Made by a program: the position numbers and the translations under genes. A stretch of 64,000 nt of DNA from Armatimonadota bacterium (lineage in GTDB: Bacteria; Sysuimicrobiota; Sysuimicrobiia; Sysuimicrobiales; Sysuimicrobiaceae), in NCBI GenBank assembly GCA_025060455.1, contig JANXBY010000003.1, forward strand, positions 34,719-98,718. The letters are read 5' to 3'. Shown one piece after another: positions 55,194-64,000 of the stretch. Under the pieces are notes generated by a model. The model did not search any database and was not told the DNA's origin. It worked only from the letters and a program-made list of their open reading frames with translations. Positions within the stretch are counted from its first letter, which is position 1; each line of letters starts with the position of its first letter.

Positions 55194-55331
55194 GCCCACC
55201 CCATGGTACACGACCGGTGCGCAGCGGTGTCAAATCCACCAGGAGCGGCCATGAGCCACCGGTTCACCCACCTGAGCCCTCTCCCGCCTCGCTGGGTGTC
55301 AAAGTGGTGTCATAGGGCTGCCGCACGGAAG

Positions 55332-56006
55332 TCAACGGGCCTTCCGGTACAGGGCGTGCAGGTTCCGCCAGAACCCACCCTCGTCCGTGGGGCGGGTGGT
55401 CACGCGGGTCGGGGCTTCGGGGACGAGCCCGTGCTGGCCCATCCAGGCGTCCAGGGTGGCCTCGTCCAGGAGCACGAACCGACGCCCCTCCCCAGAGGGT
55501 TCGGTGGCCTCGAACACGAACGGCCCCGCCGGGCGCATGGGTTGTGGCCACGGCTGGCTCCCCAAGGCGAAGTGTTGGACCAGCAGCAGGCCTCCGGGCC
55601 GCAGCACGCGGGCTGTCTCCGCCACCGCCCGGTGCCACTCCCCCACGTCCTGTGCCTGCTGGTAGATCCCCAAGGCCACCACCACGTCGAAGGACTCCGC
55701 CCCAAAGGCGGCGAGGTCGTCCATGGTGCACTGGAGCACCCTTCGCGCCGCCTCCTCCGGGCCGAGGTACGGCACCAGCCGCCGGCGGGTGTACGCCACC
55801 ATGGCCTCGGAAGCGTCGCAGGCGTACACGTCAAACCCCTCCCGGGCCAGCCACTCGGTGTTGCGGCCCGCCGCACAGCCCAGGTCCAGGACCCGGGTGC
55901 TCCGAGGCGCCCTCGAGAGGAGCTCCACCATGCGGTCGTCCGGCGGCCGCGTGGCGAACCGCTCCACCACCTCGGGCCGCTCCCAGAAGGGGTCTCGAGC
56001 CCTCAC
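55332..56006 (-). CDS. Class I SAM-dependent methyltransferase
   Basis: Motif I VLDLGCAAGRNTEWLA and post-I DVYACDAS. The GTG start overlaps the upstream stop (GTGA). Confidence 0.7.
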   Translation of the reverse strand: MRARDPFWERPEVVERFATRPPDDRMVELLSRAPRSTRVLDLGCAAGRNTEWLAREGFDVYACDASEAMVAYTRRRLVPYLGPEEAARRVLQCTMDDLAAFGAESFDVVVALGIYQQAQDVGEWHRAVAETARVLRPGGLLLVQHFALGSQPWPQPMRPAGPFVFEATEPSGEGRRFVLLDEATLDAWMGQHGLVPEAPTRVTTRPTDEGGFWRNLHALYRKAR

Positions 56007-56842
56007 GGCGCCTCCGGCGTACCCGGCAAGTGGCGGCACAGCCAGTCCACCACCACGGTACACAGACGGTCTTCCGCACCCACGTAGAAGTGGTCACAGT
56101 CCTCCAATACGGCCACCTGCGCGGGTCCCGCACAGCGCTGGACGAACGCGGAAGCGGGGTAGACGTCCTCGGGCTCTCGATCCCCTCGGACGAACAGCAC
56201 GGGGCAGCGGATCCGCGGGGTCTGCTCCAGGAGGTCTGGACAGTGGCGGGAGTAGTCCAGGAACGTCCGGGCGCTGGTCACGTACCACCACCCGGGCAGC
56301 AGGAGCAGCTCGCGCTCGCGACCCTCTGCGACGAGCTCCTCCGCCCTGCGGGTGATCTCTTCCAGCCGGTCGGCAGCCCACAGCCCGCGGGCGGAAAGCC
56401 GCTCGGCGAACCGGGGACCTCCCGCGTGGGCGGACAGGAGGACCAGGGCGGAGACCTCCGGGTGGGCGGCGGCGTAGCACGCGCCCAACAGGCCGCCGTT
56501 GCTGTGCCCCACCACCGCCGGCGCGGGAAACCCCATTTCAGCGAAAAAACGCCCCGCCAGCTCGTTGTCCTCGAGGCCCTCCGCCACCGTCTGGAGAGCC
56601 CCGCCCACCGGCTCTCGGCTGTCGGCGGTGGTGAGGGTGTCGTGGCCGCGGCGGTTGAACGCCAGCACCGCGAACCCGGCGCGCTGGAGCGCGGCGGGCA
56701 AGAACCAAGCCGGGCCCGAGTAGAAGTTCATCTGGTTCCCGTGGAAGTACAGCACGCCGCCCCTCGGGGCACCGTCGGGCCAGTACAGGAGGCCCTCCAG
56801 GGGGCGGGTGGGCGTGGGGATGCGGACGAGCTCCAGGCGCAT
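56003..56842 (-). CDS. Alpha/beta hydrolase
   Basis: Nucleophile elbow GHSNGG and alpha/beta fold. ATG lies 1 nt after the M20 stop. Confidence 0.75.
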   Translation of the reverse strand: MRLELVRIPTPTRPLEGLLYWPDGAPRGGVLYFHGNQMNFYSGPAWFLPAALQRAGFAVLAFNRRGHDTLTTADSREPVGGALQTVAEGLEDNELAGRFFAEMGFPAPAVVGHSNGGLLGACYAAAHPEVSALVLLSAHAGGPRFAERLSARGLWAADRLEEITRRAEELVAEGRERELLLLPGWWYVTSARTFLDYSRHCPDLLEQTPRIRCPVLFVRGDREPEDVYPASAFVQRCAGPAQVAVLEDCDHFYVGAEDRLCTVVVDWLCRHLPGTPEAP

Positions 56843-56843
56843 C

Positions 56844-58211
56844 CTACCCGCCTGCCTCGCTACTGCCGAAGCGTTCCAGGATCAACGCCACGTGTTTGAT
56901 CCCCTCCACGTAGTCCCGCAGGCGGATGTTCTCGTTCGGCGCGTGCACGTTGGTGCCGGGATAGCCCACGCCCGTGCCCACCGCGGGCGTTCCGAAGCGG
57001 GCGCACACCACGTCCATGGGGCCGGTGGCCGCCATCATGGGGTAGATGACAGGGTCCTTGCCGTACACCTCCCGCGCCGCGGCGGCCACCACCCGCACGA
57101 TCTCGGAGTCCGGCGGTGTGCGGGCGGGATCCTCGAGGCCCATGGGGACCACCTCCAGGTCTGCGAACCCAAAGCGTGCCAGGTGCGCCCGGAGCTTCTC
57201 CAGGACGTCCTCCGCCCGCTGCCGCGGCACCAGGCGGAAGTCGATCTTCGCCCGGGCCACCTTCGGGAGCACCGTCTTGGAGCCCTCGCCCGTGTAGCCC
57301 GCCACGAGTCCGCAGACGGTGCACGTGGGCTGGTACAGGTGGCGCTTGAGCAGTTCCACCCCCGACAGGCCCAGGAGGAACCGGTCCAGCCCCAGGTCGC
57401 GCAGGAGGGCTGCGTCGTCGCGGCTCGCGGCGATCCGCCGGAGCCACTCCACCTCCTGCGGCCCCGGTTCCTCCACGTCGTCGTAGAACCCCTCGATGAG
57501 CACGTTCTCCTGCTCGTCCTTCAGGGTGCGCAGGGCCCACACCAGACGCCACGCGGGGTTGGGCACGATGGTGGCCATGGAGGAGTGCAGGTCACGGTTG
57601 GCACCGCGGGCCACCAGCTCCACGTAGCAGATCCCCTTGACGCCCAGGTACAGGTTGGGCACGTCCTGGTGGTCCTTGCCGCCCGACTCCCACAGGCATC
57701 CGTCTGCCCGGAACAGCTCGGGGTGGGCGTCCGCGTACCTGCGCAGGTTGGGGCTGCCGACTTCCTCCTCGCCCTCCACCAGGAACTTGACGGTGACGGG
57801 CAGCTGCCCCCGGACCTGCCGGAGGGCCCGGATGGCGGACAGACGCGCCACCAGGTTGCCCTTGGTGTCCGCCACCCCACGCCCGTAGATGCGGCCTTCC
57901 CGGACCTCGGGCTCGAAGGGGTCGGACTCCCACTCTTCCAAGGGCTCTACAGGCTGCACGTCGTAGTGCTCGTACACCAGCAGGGTCTTCGGGGAGCGGC
58001 CGGGGAACTCCCCGTAGACCAGCGGTGCCGCACCCGGCAGGCGGTAGACGCGCACCTTTGCCCCCGCCTCCCGCAGCAGGTCCGCCACGAGACGGGCGCA
58101 CTCCTCCAGCCCGACGCCCTGTGCCGCGATACTGGGCTGGCGGACCAGGCGGGCGAGCTGCTCCACGTACTCCTGCACGTGGCGGTCGATGTGGTCGAAC
58201 ACGTCCCGCAT
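56844..58211 (-). CDS. M20 family metallopeptidase / dipeptidase (ArgE/DapE/CPG2 family)
   Basis: M20 metal-binding motifs (HYDVQP, GRGVADTKG, EGEEEVGS) and a dimerisation domain. Confidence 0.8.
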   Translation of the reverse strand: MRDVFDHIDRHVQEYVEQLARLVRQPSIAAQGVGLEECARLVADLLREAGAKVRVYRLPGAAPLVYGEFPGRSPKTLLVYEHYDVQPVEPLEEWESDPFEPEVREGRIYGRGVADTKGNLVARLSAIRALRQVRGQLPVTVKFLVEGEEEVGSPNLRRYADAHPELFRADGCLWESGGKDHQDVPNLYLGVKGICYVELVARGANRDLHSSMATIVPNPAWRLVWALRTLKDEQENVLIEGFYDDVEEPGPQEVEWLRRIAASRDDAALLRDLGLDRFLLGLSGVELLKRHLYQPTCTVCGLVAGYTGEGSKTVLPKVARAKIDFRLVPRQRAEDVLEKLRAHLARFGFADLEVVPMGLEDPARTPPDSEIVRVVAAAAREVYGKDPVIYPMMAATGPMDVVCARFGTPAVGTGVGYPGTNVHAPNENIRLRDYVEGIKHVALILERFGSSEAGG

Positions 58212-58229
58212 GGGGCTACCGCCTACCTC

Positions 58230-58856
58230 CTACACCGCCCCGGGAAGCTTCCGCGCCGAGACGAGTACAGGATACGGACCCGGTGTGCCCTGGGCATAGC
58301 GCTCCTCCCACGGCGTCAGCTGCTCGAGCAGCAGGTCTACGTCCAAACCGAGGTGGCTGGGCCGGTAGGTCACGAGCCGCTCCTTGGCTCGGTCCAACAG
58401 CACTCGAGCGCCGGGGCGGTTGCCTTTCTCGTGATGGTAGAAGGCCGCGGCCAGCTGGACCAGGCCCTGGTAGAAACCGCGGTCCTCCGCGGCCGCGGTG
58501 CGCCACAGCCCCTCAAAGTGCTCGTGGCAGGCGAAGAACAGGCCGAAGTCGAACAGGACCAAGCCCAGGTAGGTGGACCTCTCGGGTTCCGGCGCGGGAG
58601 GCGGATCCAGGAGGAACACCGCGGCCCGGTGGAGCCGGTCCGCCTGCACCTGAAAATACCGGCTGTACGGGCGGTACGCACGGGGTAGGGCCAGGCGGCC
58701 GCGCCCCTGCCAGAGGACCCGGGCCTGGACGGCCACGGCGAGCTCCGAGCGGGACCCGGTCCACGCGACAGGCCGCGCCAACCGTGTTGCGTGCTCCTGC
58801 ACCCACTCCACCGGCAGCGGCCCGCCATCGGGCGCAAGCTGCGCGTACGCGGCCAT
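58230..58856 (-). CDS. DUF309 domain-containing protein
   Basis: DUF309 core LVLFDFGLFFACHEHFEGLW. The start is uncertain. ATG 58856 is chosen because it avoids overlap with the upstream gene. The longest ORF runs to 59048. Confidence 0.5.
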   Translation of the reverse strand: MAAYAQLAPDGGPLPVEWVQEHATRLARPVAWTGSRSELAVAVQARVLWQGRGRLALPRAYRPYSRYFQVQADRLHRAAVFLLDPPPAPEPERSTYLGLVLFDFGLFFACHEHFEGLWRTAAAEDRGFYQGLVQLAAAFYHHEKGNRPGARVLLDRAKERLVTYRPSHLGLDVDLLLEQLTPWEERYAQGTPGPYPVLVSARKLPGAV

Positions 58857-58966
58857 CCACGCCACAAACCCTGCCTGGCGGGGCTGAGCGGCCGCGCGCA
58901 GGGTGAGCTCGCTTAAGGAGTGCTTCAGCCGGACGTACAGGGTCCGCTCCCGTTCCCTTCGAAGGG

Positions 58967-61033
58967 TCAGCGGGCCGGGCTTGCCTCCAGCGTCCTGCGG
59001 AGGGCCTCCGGGTCCGCAACCGGCGGGGCGCAGGAGTTGCCAACGCACACGAAGGCCGTGCTCCCGCCCGCAGCCGCCTCGGCGGCGGAGCGCGCCGGCT
59101 CAGGCAGCTCCTGGCCGGGCTCTGCCCAAGAAACGACCCGGTCCGGGTGGGCGGCGGACCACGCGGCGCGGTGCAGGGCCCGGGCCGCGGGGTCGTGGCG
59201 CCCGCCGGCCACCACTACGTGCACGGGAGGCTGCAGGGATCGGCTGGCGGCCAGGGAGTAGGTGGCCGCAAAGTAGCCGTGGGCCCGGGCCACCCCTGCA
59301 AAGGTTCGCACCACCTCCTCCGCGCGTTCTGCCCACCGGACCTCTCCGCTCAGCGCGGACAGGTCCTGCAAGAACAGCGCCGCCACGCCGTTGCCGGACG
59401 GCGTCGGTGCGTCCTGGATCGGCTTGTAGGGTAGCTCCAGGGCGGGGCCCCGCGCCTGAGACCTGGGCACGTCAAAGAAGCCGCCCTCCGCCGGGTCGTG
59501 GTACTCTCGATCTAGCAGCGCGGCGACCTCCCGCGCCGCGTCCAGATGTCTCCGCTCTCCCGTCAGGCTGTAGGCCAGCAGCAGGGCGTATCCCATGTGC
59601 ACCTGGTCGTCCAGGGTCCGGGGGCCCTGCGGCTCGTGCAGGGCGTGCGAAAAGCCCCGTGCTGGGTCAAACCCCTCCCGCAGGAAACGGTCCACGGTGC
59701 GCAGGGCGGCCTGGGCGTACCGTTCCACCGCCGTGGCCTGGTGGGCCACCAACAGGGCGGTGGCCGCCATCCCGTTCCAGGCCGCGTACAGGGTGCGGTC
59801 CACCGCAGGAGCGCTTCGCGCGCTGCGCCCGTGGCGCAGCTTGCGGACCGCGGATTGCAGCAGCTTCTGGACGCGCGGCACGTCCCAGCCCAGCTGTGCT
59901 GCCACCTCTTCCACGGAGGCCGCCACCCACAGGACGTTCCGCCGCGGGTCGTGGTGCATCTCCCCTTGCTCGTGCAGGTCAAACCGTCGCCGCACCACCT
60001 CCAGCTCGTCCGGCTCCAGGAGGGCGGCGGCTTCGTCCACCGTCCACGTGAAGTAGTCGCCGTCGTCCCCCGGGCCGGTGTCGGCGTCCTGGCTTGCGCC
60101 GAACCCGCCTGCGGGGTCAGCCAGCACGTCCAGGAGGAAGCCCGCGGTACCCTCCACCACCTCCGCGTACAGGGGGTCGCGCCACAGCAGGTAGGCGCGG
60201 CTGTAGGTGGCCAGCAGCGCTGCGTTGTCGTACAGCATCTTCTCGAAGTGTGGGACGCACCACCGGGCGTCGGTGCTGTACCGGTGGAAGCCACCCCCCA
60301 GCTGGTCGTAGATGCCGCCGTGGGCCATGGCCCGCAGGGTGTGCCGGGCTACCACCTCCATCCACTCCTCCCGCCGGTAGCCGAAGTGGTACAGCACCAA
60401 ATCCAGGGCGGACGCGTGGGGAAACTTCGGGGCGGTCCCGAACCCCCCGTAGCGGGCGTCGAAGGCCCGCGCGATCCCGTCCAGCACGTCCTCCACCATC
60501 TGCAAACTCACGGGGCCCGGGTCGGTGGCGGTCTGCGCCCGACGGAGCTCCTGCGCCAGCTGGGCTGCCACCTCCCGCGTGCGATCCCGCTGCCGGCGGT
60601 AGGCTTCCGCTACACCCTGGAGGACCCGGAGGAAACCGGGCCGGCCGTAGCGGTCCTCCTTGGGAAAGTACGTCCCGCCGTAGAAGGCATACCCGTCCGG
60701 CGTAAGGAAGACGGTGAGGGGCCATCCGCCCTGCCCACTCAGGGCCGCCACCGCGTTCTGGTAGCGGACGTCCACGTCCGGCCGCTCGTCGCGGTCCACC
60801 TTCACCGGGACGAAGTGCTCGTTGATGAAGGCCGCGATCTGCGGGTCGTCGTAGGACTCGTGGTCCATCACGTGGCACCAGTGGCACCAGGCTGCCCCAA
60901 TGTCCAGGAGTACCGGTTTGTCCTCCCGGCGGGCGCGCTCAAAGGCCTCCTCGCACCACGGGAACCAGTCCACCGGTTGGCGCGCCGCGGCGCGCAGGTA
61001 CGGGCTTGCGGCACCTCGGAGGCGGTTGGTCAT
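58967..61033 (-). CDS. Thioredoxin domain-containing protein YyaL family (DUF255 + six-hairpin glycosidase-like domain)
   Basis: N-terminus [31 protein letters not shown]...AWCHWCHVM matches the YyaL/DUF255 family. The track ORF carries about 95 aa of spurious upstream extension. Confidence 0.8.
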   Translation of the reverse strand: MTNRLRGAASPYLRAAARQPVDWFPWCEEAFERARREDKPVLLDIGAAWCHWCHVMDHESYDDPQIAAFINEHFVPVKVDRDERPDVDVRYQNAVAALSGQGGWPLTVFLTPDGYAFYGGTYFPKEDRYGRPGFLRVLQGVAEAYRRQRDRTREVAAQLAQELRRAQTATDPGPVSLQMVEDVLDGIARAFDARYGGFGTAPKFPHASALDLVLYHFGYRREEWMEVVARHTLRAMAHGGIYDQLGGGFHRYSTDARWCVPHFEKMLYDNAALLATYSRAYLLWRDPLYAEVVEGTAGFLLDVLADPAGGFGASQDADTGPGDDGDYFTWTVDEAAALLEPDELEVVRRRFDLHEQGEMHHDPRRNVLWVAASVEEVAAQLGWDVPRVQKLLQSAVRKLRHGRSARSAPAVDRTLYAAWNGMAATALLVAHQATAVERYAQAALRTVDRFLREGFDPARGFSHALHEPQGPRTLDDQVHMGYALLLAYSLTGERRHLDAAREVAALLDREYHDPAEGGFFDVPRSQARGPALELPYKPIQDAPTPSGNGVAALFLQDLSALSGEVRWAERAEEVVRTFAGVARAHGYFAATYSLAASRSLQPPVHVVVAGGRHDPAARALHRAAWSAAHPDRVVSWAEPGQELPEPARSAAEAAAGGSTAFVCVGNSCAPPVADPEALRRTLEASPAR

Positions 61034-61073
61034 CTCCTCCCTATGGTAGATCACCGACGAGGCAGCCGGGCGG

Positions 61074-61889
61074 TCAGAGGGGAGACCTACGGGTGAAACG
61101 GGGTTCCCGCTTTTCGCGGAAGCTGGCCACCCCCTCCCGGGCGTCCGCGCCGAGGAAGGCCAGGAACTCCAGCGCCGTGGAGGTGTCGAACACCGGGCCC
61201 GCCATGCGCAGCCAGTTGTTGAGGGCGTACTTGGTCCACCGGATGGCCTGAGGGCTGCCGGCGGCCAGGCGGCGGGCCACGGCCAGGGCGGTGGGGTAGA
61301 CTTGGTCGTCCGGCACACACAGAGAGACCAAGCCCAGGCGCTCCGCCTCCTCCCCCGACAACGGCTCGTTCAGGAGCAGGTGGTACTTGGCCTTGGCTAG
61401 CCCCACCAGGAGCGGCCACAGGAGCACCGCGTGGTCGCCTGCCGGAACCCCCAGGCGCACGTGCCCGTCCAGTAACCGGGCGGTGCGGCCCACCACGGAC
61501 ACGTCCGCCAGCAGGGCCACCGCCAGCCCCGCGCCCACCGCCACCCCCTCCACGCACGACACCACGGGCTTGCCGCAGTCCAGCAGGTTGTACACGAGAT
61601 CCCTGGCTTCCTTCCACACCCGGAGTCGGACCGTCTCGTCCCGGATGATGTCCTCGATGAGCTGCAGGTCGCCTCCGGAGGAGAAGGTGCCGCCGGCGCC
61701 CCGCACCAGGACCGCGCGCACGTCCTCGTCTGTGTCCAGGTCCCGCCAGATGCGGGCCAGCTCCGCGTGGGCCTCCGCGGTCACGGAGTTCAAGGTGGGA
61801 GGGTTGTGGAGGATCACCTCCACGATGCCGTCCTCCACCGGGCACACCTGCAGGGCGCGGTAGCCGGACCGCCACGTTCCCCCTCTCAT
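61074..61889 (-). CDS. Enoyl-CoA hydratase/isomerase family protein (crotonase fold)
   Basis: Crotonase motifs ([36 protein letters not shown]). ATG 61889 lies 7 nt after GAGGGGG. Confidence 0.8.
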   Translation of the reverse strand: MRGGTWRSGYRALQVCPVEDGIVEVILHNPPTLNSVTAEAHAELARIWRDLDTDEDVRAVLVRGAGGTFSSGGDLQLIEDIIRDETVRLRVWKEARDLVYNLLDCGKPVVSCVEGVAVGAGLAVALLADVSVVGRTARLLDGHVRLGVPAGDHAVLLWPLLVGLAKAKYHLLLNEPLSGEEAERLGLVSLCVPDDQVYPTALAVARRLAAGSPQAIRWTKYALNNWLRMAGPVFDTSTALEFLAFLGADAREGVASFREKREPRFTRRSPL

Positions 61890-61972
61890 CCGGGAACCCC
61901 CTCGGGTGGGTTTTTGGCTGGACGCCCTCCCCATGGTACGGGATCGCAGCCGGCCAGGGGAGGGGTCGCCGG

Positions 61973-62257
61973 TCAGGACTGGCGGCGGCTGGCTTCCAGG
62001 TAGTTCAGACGCACGTCCGCCACGTGCATCAGCAGCTCGGTCAGCCGATCCCCCTGAAGGTGGTTCTGCAGCAGGTCTGTAAGGGCACCTGCAGCGTCGA
62101 TGGCCAGCCGGGCCTGTTGCAGATCCACCTGAGTCTTGCCCGGAATCAGGCCCAGGTACACGCGGGCCTGGTGCAGCATCAACATGACGCACCAGCTCAG
62201 CACGTCCGCTGCCGAGGCGGACTCTAGGGACGCTACGGGGTTGAACTCCTCTGCCAC
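61973..62257 (-). CDS. DUF1844-like small protein
   Basis: Conserved pattern [12 protein letters not shown]...[15 protein letters not shown]...[11 protein letters not shown] lies 5 nt after GGGGAGGT. Confidence 0.5.
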   Translation of the reverse strand: MAEEFNPVASLESASAADVLSWCVMLMLHQARVYLGLIPGKTQVDLQQARLAIDAAGALTDLLQNHLQGDRLTELLMHVADVRLNYLEASRRQS

Positions 62258-62307
62258 CGTCGACCTCCCCGTACTCTATACCCGCCCCGCGCGGCCCGTA
62301 GACCCGG

Positions 62308-64000
62308 TCAGGGTTCCCGTGCGGTGGAGGGCTGCGCCCGCGTAAACCACTGTAGCAGCACCACCACCACCACCGCACCCGCGGCCACCAGGTCCAGGGC
62401 CACGGACGGGTAGATGAGCAACAACCCGGCTCCCACCAGGATCCCCCGCTCGACCCAGGTGGCCTCCCGGATGAGCCACCCGTTGATGCCCGCGGCAAGG
62501 CTGGTGAGGCCCAGCGCCGCGGTCAGGGTGGTCCGGACGACCAAGTCTACGGGCGCGTAGAACAGCAACGCCATCCCGTCGGGGTGCACGGTGAACATGA
62601 AGGGCACCACGAAAGCAGGCAACGTGTACTTCCACGCCATCATCATCGTCCGGAAGGCGTTGCCCCCGGTCAGCGCGGAAGCCGCGAGCGGGCTCAGCCC
62701 CACAGGCGGGGAGACCTCGGAGAGGATGGCGTAGTAGAAGATGAACATGTGCGCAGCCAGCTCGTGCACTCCCAGCTGGATGAGGGCGGGAGCGATGATC
62801 GCCGCGGCGATGATGTAGGTGGCGGTAATGGGCAGTGCGAGGCCCAGGATCCACAGGGCTACGCCCGAGTACACCAGGGTAAGCAGCAGGTTACGGCCAG
62901 CCATGTCCACGATGATACCTGACAGCTTCAGGCCCAGGCCGGTGAGCGTGATGACCCCGACCACGATGCCCGCCACCGCGCAGGTGACGGCCACCGTGAG
63001 GACCTGCTTGGTGCCGTTGGCCAGGGCGGCCACCAGGGGGGTGATGCTGACCTCCCACGGTCCCATCCGGACGAAGCGGTGTTCCGTGGGGCGCAGGGCC
63101 TGTCCGGCGTACACTTCCTCCCAGGCCGGGCGGGCCCGGACGCCCAGGTAGGCGCCGAGGAGCAGGCACAGCGCCGCGGCGGCGGGGGTGGGCAGGCCGG
63201 CAAGGTCCCGTGCCGCGGGCACCAGGGGCGATGCCAGCAGCGCTCCCACGAGGGGAGCGACCAGGGAGCGCAGGGCGGGTGAGGAGCGCCGCACGTCCGT
63301 GGCCCGACGCACCGCGGCCAGGGACGTCTCCGGCCGCAGGAAACTCGTGAGGCAGGCGACCACGGTGGACCAGAACACAGCGGCGATGGCGGTGAACCCG
63401 CGGACCATGAACAGGGGGATCATCACGAGGGAGGCCAGCAGGTACCAGTACCGGCCCGCGAGCCGCCACGGGTTCCCCGCCTGGATCTCCACCTGCCGCA
63501 GGCGGAACCGCCGGGCGTCCAGCTCGATCATCAGGAAGATAGAGAGGTAGTAGAGGAGAGTGGGGATGGTGGCCAGGACCAGCACCTGCAGGTACGAGAT
63601 CTTGAGGATCTCAGCGATGATGAAGGCCGCGGCCCCGAGGATAGGCGGAGAGATCACGGCGCCGATGCCGCCCGCGGACAGCAGACCGCCCGCGGACTCC
63701 GGGTCGTAGCCGGAACGCCGCAACAGGGGGTAGGCGATGGCGCCCACCGTCACCGTGGTGGCCACCCCGCTTCCCGAGGGCCCACCCAGCAGGAACGAAG
63801 CCACGGTGACTGCCTGCCCCGCGCCCGTACGCCGACGGCCCACCAGGGCGAAGGCCAGGTCCACGAAGTACTTCCCCGCACCGGACTGTTCCAGGAACGA
63901 CCCGTAGATGGTGAACAGGATGATGAAGCTGGCCGACACGTCCAGGGGCACCCCGAAGATGCCTTCCAGCCCCACGTACAGGTGCCCGATGATCCGATCC
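62308..64000 (-). CDS. TRAP transporter fused permease subunit (DctQ/DctM-like, 4TM+12TM), C-terminal part; N-terminus beyond window edge
   Basis: TRAP fused-permease motifs ([29 protein letters not shown]). The reading frame stays open to position 64000. Confidence 0.75.
   Translation of the reverse strand, partial: DRIIGHLYVGLEGIFGVPLDVSASFIILFTIYGSFLEQSGAGKYFVDLAFALVGRRRTGAGQAVTVASFLLGGPSGSGVATTVTVGAIAYPLLRRSGYDPESAGGLLSAGGIGAVISPPILGAAAFIIAEILKISYLQVLVLATIPTLLYYLSIFLMIELDARRFRLRQVEIQAGNPWRLAGRYWYLLASLVMIPLFMVRGFTAIAAVFWSTVVACLTSFLRPETSLAAVRRATDVRRSSPALRSLVAPLVGALLASPLVPAARDLAGLPTPAAAALCLLLGAYLGVRARPAWEEVYAGQALRPTEHRFVRMGPWEVSITPLVAALANGTKQVLTVAVTCAVAGIVVGVITLTGLGLKLSGIIVDMAGRNLLLTLVYSGVALWILGLALPITATYIIAAAIIAPALIQLGVHELAAHMFIFYYAILSEVSPPVGLSPLAASALTGGNAFRTMMMAWKYTLPAFVVPFMFTVHPDGMALLFYAPVDLVVRTTLTAALGLTSLAAGINGWLIREATWVERGILVGAGLLLIYPSVALDLVAAGAVVVVVLLQWFTRAQPSTAREP

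Noticed and set aside
55100-56100. Possible integrated element at tRNA-Ser (tRNA genes are integration hotspots)
   Set aside because: There is no integrase, recombinase, phage gene or tRNA 3'-end direct repeat. Only the adjacency to the unusual minus-strand operon is noted.
58857-59048. Longer N-terminal extension of the DUF309 protein starting at 59048
   Set aside because: It would overlap the upstream YyaL gene by 82 nt. An in-frame ATG at 58856 avoids the overlap. The start remains uncertain.

Overview
High-GC (~70%) bacterial chromosomal window with Firmicutes-style origin-proximal synteny (DUF951-ychF-rpsF-ssb-rpsR-yybS-rplI-Lon-dnaB). It most resembles a Thermaerobacter-like Clostridia genome, an inference from gene order plus GC content alone. 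About 60 genes are called. Content in order: a fatty-acid beta-oxidation operon (TetR, fadN, fadA, fadE, fadD) and a heterodimeric ABC exporter pair with a translationally coupled small unknown protein. Next come molybdate uptake genes modA and modB, preceded by an HTH-PBP regulator that appears broken by three frameshifts, with no modC. The ribosomal/replication block contains a dnaB split by a 343-aa intein at the P-loop site. Upstream of dnaB lies a DnaA-box cluster. An FMN riboswitch with a terminator hairpin precedes an ECF-type riboflavin transporter. A myo-inositol catabolic cluster (iolE, iolB, iolC, IclR, iolD, iolG, TIM-barrel, HAD) carries a 38-nt perfect direct repeat (78-bp insertion) at the iolB/iolC junction. 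Two tandem iron-type ABC importers and a FAD oxidoreductase follow. Then a tRNA-Ser(GCU). Finally a tightly packed minus-strand operon of poorly characterised genes (DUF1844, enoyl-CoA hydratase, YyaL thioredoxin-domain protein, DUF309, M20 peptidase, alpha/beta hydrolase, SAM methyltransferase) and a partial TRAP permease. No CRISPR array, transposase or integrase was seen. Many long alternative-frame ORFs in the track are high-GC artefacts. Start codons were refined manually from RBS position and conserved N-termini.
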